From: Pseudobdellovibrionaceae bacterium
Lineage (GTDB): Bacteria > Bdellovibrionota_B > Oligoflexia > Oligoflexales > Bog-1112
Assembly: GCA_002711925.1 (NCBI GenBank)
Contig: PASJ01000027.1
Coordinates: 5,372-69,371, forward strand
Length of the DNA stretch: 64,000 bases
Direction: 5' to 3'
Shown: piece by piece, positions 58,087-64,000 of the stretch
Layout: each line of letters starts with the position of its first letter
Numbering within the stretch: the stretch's first letter is position 1
Notes under the pieces: model-generated
What the model was told of the DNA's origin: nothing
The model's input: the letters and a program-made list of their open reading frames with translations, nothing else
The model's database searches: none
Made by a program: the position numbers and the translations under genes

Positions 58087-59265
58087 ATGAAAGTAAATAT
58101 CATCAAGTTATTTTTATATGGGGCAATACTTTTAATTTTTAATAATGCATGCAAACAAGCAACCACTGGATCGAACCTGACAAGAACTCAAGTTGTTGCA
58201 GAAACAGCAGAAGCTCTTGGTCTTTCCCATGATTCTTTTGGAGAATGTTCTGAATGTATAGTTAATCCAAATGAGTATATGCTAGGAATCTATCTTACAA
58301 ACATAACAGCAATTCAAAGTGACGGATGTGATGCATCAAACCTTGGAAACGTATTTTTTGATGCAGGCGCTGATATACTCACAGCTGCAAGTAAATGCAG
58401 CGATGAAGCTCTGGGAATTGCTGAAGATGGGTATAATACTGTAAAAGAAGGAACTATTGATGCATATAATACGGTCAAAGATACAACTGTTGACGCATAT
58501 AACACAACAGTCGACACAACTGTTGATGCATACAACACAACAGTCGACACAACTAGTGACGCATACAACACAACAGTTGACACGACAAATAATGCTATTT
58601 CAACTGTTAACGATACGGTCGATGAAACACAGAAAACAACTAAAAAGATAAAAAAAGCTTTTGGTTTTGGATTAACTGATAGTCCTCTTGATACAGGTGT
58701 AAGTGCAGTAACTGGGGTAACGGGAAGTGCTTGCGGTGATGTCAAATTGACAGGAGACTTCACCATAACAGCCATAAACGTAAGTATAAACCCAGATACA
58801 GCAGAAGAAGAAACAGTTGAGATCAGTGTAGACTTGCCTGTAACGTCTCTAGAAACAAAAGAGAGTTTAGCAATCAATGAACTTTTTGTCGTTAAACAGG
58901 GAAGTATCATTAAAAAATTCCAAAATGATGATGTTGTCAAAATTTCTTTTACAGTAATCAATGATAATTCAGACCAGGAAAATAAAGATCTCCTTGCCCA
59001 AGCTGGAAGCCTGCGTTATGGTGCCGATGTAAACTCAATGACTGACGCCGATATTTTAGAACATGAACCAATCTATATTAATAGAAACAATCTTCCAGAT
59101 TACTATTATCAAACTGATGATACTGGAATAGAGGCTGATGCTGAAGAAAAAGATAATTGCTCCGTATATGTCAATGCTTATTTTGCTGAAGTTATAGAAG
59201 ATCCAAATAAAAATAATGTATTACGTATGTATGATGAAAAAAATGAAAATTGGATTTCTCCATAA
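58087..59265 (+). CDS. acidic repeat-containing lipoprotein (paralog of 56952-57923)
   Basis: GGAG lies 6 nt before the ATG. The signal MKVNIIKLFLYGAILLIFNNAC has a lipobox Cys. It carries an 11-aa DAYNT(T/V)VDTT(V/S) repeat and an Asp/Glu-rich C-terminus. Confidence 0.7.
   Translation: MKVNIIKLFLYGAILLIFNNACKQATTGSNLTRTQVVAETAEALGLSHDSFGECSECIVNPNEYMLGIYLTNITAIQSDGCDASNLGNVFFDAGADILTAASKCSDEALGIAEDGYNTVKEGTIDAYNTVKDTTVDAYNTTVDTTVDAYNTTVDTTSDAYNTTVDTTNNAISTVNDTVDETQKTTKKIKKAFGFGLTDSPLDTGVSAVTGVTGSACGDVKLTGDFTITAINVSINPDTAEEETVEISVDLPVTSLETKESLAINELFVVKQGSIIKKFQNDDVVKISFTVINDNSDQENKDLLAQAGSLRYGADVNSMTDADILEHEPIYINRNNLPDYYYQTDDTGIEADAEEKDNCSVYVNAYFAEVIEDPNKNNVLRMYDEKNENWISP
58426..58623 (+). 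repeat. six tandem copies of a 33-bp (11-codon) in-frame repeat
   Basis: The units begin at 58426, 58459, 58492, 58525, 58558 and 58591. The central copies are nearly identical (gaYgcataYaacacaacagtYgacacaactNNt). The outer copies are degenerate. Confidence 0.85.
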
Positions 59266-59301
59266 AATTCAATTGTTTCATTGATTTTAGTCATTTAATA
59301 T

Positions 59302-61881
59302 TTATTTTGACATAAATGACTTAAGATATTTTGCTGTGACGGAATTCTTACACGTTAGAATGTTTTTTGACACTCCTTCATACAAAACCCTACCTCCTTT
59401 ATCACTAGCACCAGGCCCTAAGTCAATCAACCAATCACTTCTTAGAATAAGGGTAGGGTGGTGCTCTATAATAATGAGAGTTGCTCCTTTTTCTTTCACT
59501 TGATTTATTGCCTTCATTAAAATATCAATATCTGATTCGTGAAGACCTCTTGTGGGTTCATCTAAAATTATAAGGTGATTTTTCTTCATTTTTGAAGGGA
59601 GAATAAAGGGTAAAAGCTTAAGTCGCTGAGCCTCACCTCCAGATAAACTACTAAGACTTTGGCCGAGCTTTAAATATCCAATACCGATACTTTTTAAACA
59701 ATGGAAAATATTTTTTATTTTACTATATGATGAAAAGATATCTTCGGCCTCACCAATTGTCATCCCAAGAATATCAGCTATAGAGTGGCCCTTATACTTA
59801 ATCGATAAAATATGTGATTCAAAACATTTACCTTCACATGAAGAACAAGAAATACGAGCATCTTCTAAAAATTTCATGGATAAAGTAATATATCCTTTAC
59901 CCTTACATTCTTTACATCGGCCCTGATCGAGCCTTAAAGAAAAATGAGATGCAGTAAATCCTGCAATTTTTGAAGCGGGTAAAGAAGCAAAGATCTTCCT
60001 AATAAAGTCAAAAACCTTGATATATGTAACAATCATACTTATAGAGCTTTTAGCAAGGGGCTTACTATCAATTAAAACTATAGAGTCAAGCTTTTGACTT
60101 GTATTTATTTTAAAACATTCCGATGCCTTTCTTGAATATGCTAAACTTTCTCCCTTCAACAAAGAACTTAAATATCTATATAAACTATGGATAACTAGAC
60201 TTGTCTTACCAGAACCACTAACACCAGAGACAACATTAATTTTATTCATTTGAAAGATAACTTTATCAACGGATAAATTATGCTTCTCGGCTTTAAAAAC
60301 TTCGATAATACCATGTGACTGCTTATCTTCCAAAAATTTTTTTTCCTCAAGCTTTATCTTACTTAGTAAAAATTTTGCCGTTAAAGATTTTGACTTATAC
60401 TTTTCAAGATCTTTTACGGGAAAAGATGCTACAATCTCTCCACCTTGTTCTCCACCTTTTGGTCCAACATCAATAATCCAATCTGATCTTTCAAGAAGAT
60501 AAGGATCGTGTTCAACAAGAATTATCGTGTTGCCTAACTTTTTTAAGTTTGTAAGAGATTGAGATAATTGATTAAGCTCCGAAAGATGGAGTCCCTGGCT
60601 AGGCTCATCTAAAACATATAAAACTCCACTTAAACTTTGCGACAAAACAGCAGATAATTTTAATCTTTGTAGCTCACCTCCTGATAAGGTTTTCACTCTT
60701 CTGGATAAAGTTAAATAAGATAGTCCTATTTGATTGAGTGAGCTTAAAGTCTTTTGAATTTCAGCTTGAAGACGTTGAAAAGCCTGATTGTGACCTCCAT
60801 GATAAAAAACTTCATCTTTCATAAAATCATAAAATTGACCAACGGTACTTTCATAAATATCTTTTATATTTAAACCACCAAGACGAAAATTCCAGTATTT
60901 TTTGTCAATACCAACCCCATCACATTCAAAACAAGTTTTTTTAATGTCAGCTTCGTCACACATGTCACCTTCAATTTCACCGCTACCATGACATTTAGAG
61001 CATTGCCCAAGTGAATTTGCTGAAAAGTATCTTGAATCAATTTTCGGCCAGCTCATTCCACACTTTGGACAACCCCCTTGGGTAGAAAAACTAATCTTCT
61101 CCTCATCTTTAGATAACTTGCCCCCTTCATCAAGGAAAAGGCATTCTATGGATCCTTTCCCCTCCTTAATAGCTCTTGCTATACTTGCTTTAAGCCTTTT
61201 GCTTGGCTCGGAGCTTATTTGAATAAAATCGACAACAAGTTTAATGGTGTGCTTTTTCTCTTTTGACAAGCTGGGTACTTTATCTAAAGAAAAAATACTC
61301 CCATCACAAAAAACTTTTAAGTAACCTTTTTCAATTAATGATTCGAATACTTTCTCATATGTCCCTTTGCGCATCTCAACAATTGGCGCACAAATTGCAA
61401 AGAACCTTCCAGAAAACTGGCTGCATAAATTCGCAATAATTTCTTCAACAGCTAGCGGCTTAGTTTTTAAACCATGGCTTGGACAGTAAGACTCAGAAAA
61501 CTGAGCCATAGCAACACCAATTAACTCGTTCAAATCGCTTAATGAAGCAACTGTTGCACGGCTGGATGGTTGGGTCTCGCGTTGCCCAAGAGCTATGGCA
61601 GGTGATAAGCCTGTCACCTGCCTCACGCACGGCTTACTGCTCACGTTAAGAAATTGCCTTGCATAATGTGAAAGAGTATAAAAAAAACGCCTATTCGACT
61701 CAGCCAAAATTGTATCAAAAGCTAAAGAACTTTTACCAGAACCACTCACACCTGTTATTGCTATTATTTTTCCTCGAGGCAAAGTAACATTAACATCTTT
61801 TAGGTTGTGTTCCCTTGCACCTCTCACGCTGATAAATTTTGAATTATTCGGGATAAAATCATTCATATTTGATATTTCCAC
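59302..61881 (-). CDS. uvrA: UvrA-family ABC ATPase (excinuclease subunit A homolog) lacking the insertion domain
   Basis: SVRGAREHNLKDVNVTLPRGKIIAITGVSGSGKSSLAFDT, signature LSGGELQRLKL, second P-loop GVSGSGKTSL, Zn module CKECKGKGY...CSSCEGKCF, LSGGEAQRLKL and ILDEPTRGLH. It is 859 aa, whereas canonical UvrA is about 940 aa. Confidence 0.85.
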   Translation of the reverse strand: MEISNMNDFIPNNSKFISVRGAREHNLKDVNVTLPRGKIIAITGVSGSGKSSLAFDTILAESNRRFFYTLSHYARQFLNVSSKPCVRQVTGLSPAIALGQRETQPSSRATVASLSDLNELIGVAMAQFSESYCPSHGLKTKPLAVEEIIANLCSQFSGRFFAICAPIVEMRKGTYEKVFESLIEKGYLKVFCDGSIFSLDKVPSLSKEKKHTIKLVVDFIQISSEPSKRLKASIARAIKEGKGSIECLFLDEGGKLSKDEEKISFSTQGGCPKCGMSWPKIDSRYFSANSLGQCSKCHGSGEIEGDMCDEADIKKTCFECDGVGIDKKYWNFRLGGLNIKDIYESTVGQFYDFMKDEVFYHGGHNQAFQRLQAEIQKTLSSLNQIGLSYLTLSRRVKTLSGGELQRLKLSAVLSQSLSGVLYVLDEPSQGLHLSELNQLSQSLTNLKKLGNTIILVEHDPYLLERSDWIIDVGPKGGEQGGEIVASFPVKDLEKYKSKSLTAKFLLSKIKLEEKKFLEDKQSHGIIEVFKAEKHNLSVDKVIFQMNKINVVSGVSGSGKTSLVIHSLYRYLSSLLKGESLAYSRKASECFKINTSQKLDSIVLIDSKPLAKSSISMIVTYIKVFDFIRKIFASLPASKIAGFTASHFSLRLDQGRCKECKGKGYITLSMKFLEDARISCSSCEGKCFESHILSIKYKGHSIADILGMTIGEAEDIFSSYSKIKNIFHCLKSIGIGYLKLGQSLSSLSGGEAQRLKLLPFILPSKMKKNHLIILDEPTRGLHESDIDILMKAINQVKEKGATLIIIEHHPTLILRSDWLIDLGPGASDKGGRVLYEGVSKNILTCKNSVTAKYLKSFMSK

Positions 61882-61994
61882 ATATTTTGAGTCAAACCTA
61901 AGAGAGTTATTTGTACTTGGCGTAAATCACAAAATTTGCGTCCTCCTCCCCTTCTTTATTGACCCTTATTACCTTGTTCTAGCCTGGATAGTAC

Positions 61995-62372
61995 TCACGA
62001 GTTTTCATTTTTATGTTTAGAAAAAGAGTCTGAAACTAATATTTTACCACCTTTTGTTAGTACCTTCTCTAACAAAGGCTTTTCAACAGAAATTTTCATA
62101 CTCTCTATCTGCGGATATACTCGCCACAATAAATCTTTTGTTTCAAATAATACGGTTTCTAAAAGCTTACACTCTTTACCAGAAAAATATTGCTCCAACT
62201 CAAACAACAAGTTACCATAATCTATCGTATTTGAAAGTTCATCATTATATCCTTCACTCGAAGATTTAAACTCAATTGATAAAGTAAATCTAACCTCTTG
62301 TTTTGATTGGCGTTCAGATTCTAACCATCCTATTGACATAAGAATTGGGTAGCCTTTGATTTCAATTAACAT
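61995..62372 (-). CDS. folB: dihydroneopterin aldolase
   Basis: The FolB pattern is present: MLIEIKGYPILMSIGWLESERQSKQEVRFTLSIEF, IDYGNL, KLLETVLFE and ISVEKP. The start ATG at 62372 is preferred. Confidence 0.7.
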   Translation of the reverse strand: MLIEIKGYPILMSIGWLESERQSKQEVRFTLSIEFKSSSEGYNDELSNTIDYGNLLFELEQYFSGKECKLLETVLFETKDLLWRVYPQIESMKISVEKPLLEKVLTKGGKILVSDSFSKHKNENS

Positions 62373-62482
62373 AAAAACTTTCCGAAAATTTTTTGATATA
62401 GGCAAAAATAGTCAAATTAAAAGAAAAATAAATTGACCAAGATCTTCAGCATAGCTAAATTAGTGAAAAAATCAAATAAACT

Positions 62483-63406
62483 ATGAAGTCTGACCGTAAA
62501 AGGATCTTCTCAATGATTATGCTACATAAATTTATAAAGAACTGCTTTTTGATTTATATTTGCTTATTTTTTCAAACGATAAAAGGAGAATCAAACAACG
62601 AACTAGAAGCAATCTACCAAGAAGATAATCGGCAGGAAGTTCGTGACACTTTAGAAGAGTACATTAAAGAAATGTCTTCTGGTGTTGTACTTATTACTGA
62701 TAAAGAAAAATTATCGAAGTCTAAGCAGACTAACTATATGGAGCTTCCCCAAAAAACTTTAGAGCAAAAATTCTTTGTTTGTAAAAATGAAAGATTTTCT
62801 GAACAGATTAGCCCCGGAAACTGTTCAGGATTTCTTGTTTCTCCTAGACACATAATAACAGCTGGACACTGTGTCACTTATAGGTCTTCTTGTAGTAATA
62901 CTGCTTTCATTTTTGACTTTTCAGTAACAGAAAATGGTAAAGACTTATCCCTAATACCGAAAGATAACGTATTTTATTGCGCTAAGGTTGTTGAAACGAA
63001 AATTTCGTTAACGAGCGGACACGATTTTGCTGTTATAGAGCTAGATCGTGCAACAAAAAATAGAGCTATCTTTCCACTTGCAAAAGACAGCAGAAACTTA
63101 AGCGAACGCTCGAAGCTAACAGTAATTGGACACCCTTTGGGGCTACCACAAAAAATATCTAGCGGCGTAGTCCTTGTTAATAATCTGAAAAGTAGTACGT
63201 TTACAACAAACTTAGACACCTATATAGGTAACTCTGGTTCTCCCGTAATAAATAATCAGACGAAGCTAACAGAAGGTATGATTGTTGGGGGAAACCAAGA
63301 TTTCTACCGCGACGGATCTTGCTATAAAAGTAAAGTCTATACATTCACGGAATCTGAAGGTGAAAAAGTACTCAGATCATCTAACTTTACTCATTTTGTT
63401 TTGTAA
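62483..63406 (+). CDS. secreted trypsin-fold serine endopeptidase (S1B / V8-like)
   Basis: The catalytic triad contexts are GFLVSPRHIITAGHC (His), HDFAVIELD (Asp) and GNSGSPV (Ser). A hydrophobic signal (FLIYICLFFQTIKG) lies at the N-terminus. Confidence 0.8.
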   Translation: MKSDRKRIFSMIMLHKFIKNCFLIYICLFFQTIKGESNNELEAIYQEDNRQEVRDTLEEYIKEMSSGVVLITDKEKLSKSKQTNYMELPQKTLEQKFFVCKNERFSEQISPGNCSGFLVSPRHIITAGHCVTYRSSCSNTAFIFDFSVTENGKDLSLIPKDNVFYCAKVVETKISLTSGHDFAVIELDRATKNRAIFPLAKDSRNLSERSKLTVIGHPLGLPQKISSGVVLVNNLKSSTFTTNLDTYIGNSGSPVINNQTKLTEGMIVGGNQDFYRDGSCYKSKVYTFTESEGEKVLRSSNFTHFVL

Positions 63407-64000
63407 AACTATAGAACTCATTCAAAACCTCCACTTTTTCGAGAGCTAATTGATTTGAAACCTCTTCTCCACGTAAAATTTGAGTAACCATAAGCTCAAC
63501 TTTTTTCCCCGTCTTTGTGTAAGGTATAAATGAAACTGGAAATATTTCTGCAGGTTTATGTCTTGGACTGAGATCTTTGCAAATGGATTGAACAATTTTA
63601 TCCTTTATGTCTTGAGACAAAATCATTTTGTCTTTTAGCTTAACAAACAAAATAAACTCAACATCCTCTCCCTTAGGTCTTGACACAGCTAAGCTGTCAA
63701 GGATCTCGTCAATATCTGATAGAGAATTATAGATTTCACTAGTGCCAATCCGAATTCCACCTGGGTTCAAAGTTGTGTCACTTCGACCCAACATGGTAAC
63801 TCCCATTCGTGAATTTATTTCGATAAAGTCTCCATGTTTCCAGACTTGGTTATTCCTATAAAAATGAAAATATGATTTTTCATATTTTTGACCATCTAAA
63901 TCGTTTAAAAAACCAGCAGGCATAGAAACAAAAGGACGCGTACAAACAAGCTCTCCCTTTTTGTCAATAAGTTCATTACCTTCCCCATCATAAGCAGCAA
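63387..64000 (-). CDS. acetoacetyl-CoA synthetase, C-terminal part (5' end lies beyond the window)
   Basis: The frame is open to base 64000 (..AAYDGEGNELIDKKGELVCTRPFVSMPAGF). VWKHGDFIEI, GRSDTTLNPGGIRIGTSEIY and IPYTKTGKKVE are typical of acetoacetate-CoA ligases. Confidence 0.75.
   Translation of the reverse strand, partial: AAYDGEGNELIDKKGELVCTRPFVSMPAGFLNDLDGQKYEKSYFHFYRNNQVWKHGDFIEINSRMGVTMLGRSDTTLNPGGIRIGTSEIYNSLSDIDEILDSLAVSRPKGEDVEFILFVKLKDKMILSQDIKDKIVQSICKDLSPRHKPAEIFPVSFIPYTKTGKKVELMVTQILRGEEVSNQLALEKVEVLNEFYSFTKQNE

Noticed and set aside
58314-58961. 215-aa minus-strand ORF antisense to the repeat lipoprotein gene
   Set aside because: It stays open only because the 33-bp repeats lack stops on the opposite strand. 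It translates to a repetitive VVSTVVLYAS sequence with no start context, so I treat it as a shadow ORF.
1-64000. Search for tRNA/rRNA genes, CRISPR arrays, insertion sequences, integrases, toxin-antitoxin pairs or known defence-system genes
   Set aside because: I saw no GGTTCGAATCC-type T-arm motifs, no spaced direct-repeat arrays, no transposase or integrase-like ORFs and no terminal inverted repeats. A by-eye scan cannot exclude small RNAs, so Infernal/tRNAscan should be run.

Overview
An AT-rich chromosomal segment (roughly one third G+C by eye) from a Gram-negative bacterium. The gene content would fit a Bdellovibrionota/Oligoflexia-like or host-associated proteobacterium, but that is only a guess. 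I saw no rRNA, tRNA, CRISPR array, transposase or integrase. Two large conserved blocks dominate. (1) A 14-gene type II secretion (T2SS) operon lies on the minus strand (4148-21470) in the order gspC-C-D-D-E-F-G-H-I-J-K-L-M-N. It has tandem duplicated GspC and secretin genes, a PilM-like GspL, and an Slt70-type lytic transglycosylase just downstream. (2) A Na+-translocating NADH:quinone oxidoreductase operon, nqrABCDEF-apbE, lies on the plus strand (33445-40643). It ends with a 58-codon nqrM that the ORF track missed. Housekeeping genes fill much of the rest: aroK, cmoB, miaB, ffh, ridA, aspS, hisC-like, trmL, acs, rpoZ, uvrA-like, folB and a partial acetoacetyl-CoA synthetase. The accessory or unusual items are: a LuxE-LuxC fusion downstream of cmoB; a minimal eukaryote-like SET-domain protein; an orphan signal-peptide-bearing phage tail-tube (gp19/eCIS tube)-like protein; ridA with an apparent ATT start behind a perfect Shine-Dalgarno; several secreted proteins of unknown function; an aldehyde dehydrogenase relic; and a pair of paralogous acidic lipoprotein genes, one split by an in-frame TAA and the other carrying 33-bp tandem repeats behind a T13 tract. 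A UvrA homolog also lacks the insertion domain. The best candidate for something new is the dual-GspC/dual-secretin T2SS. All functional calls rest on motifs read by eye and on recalled family signatures; no database search was run.
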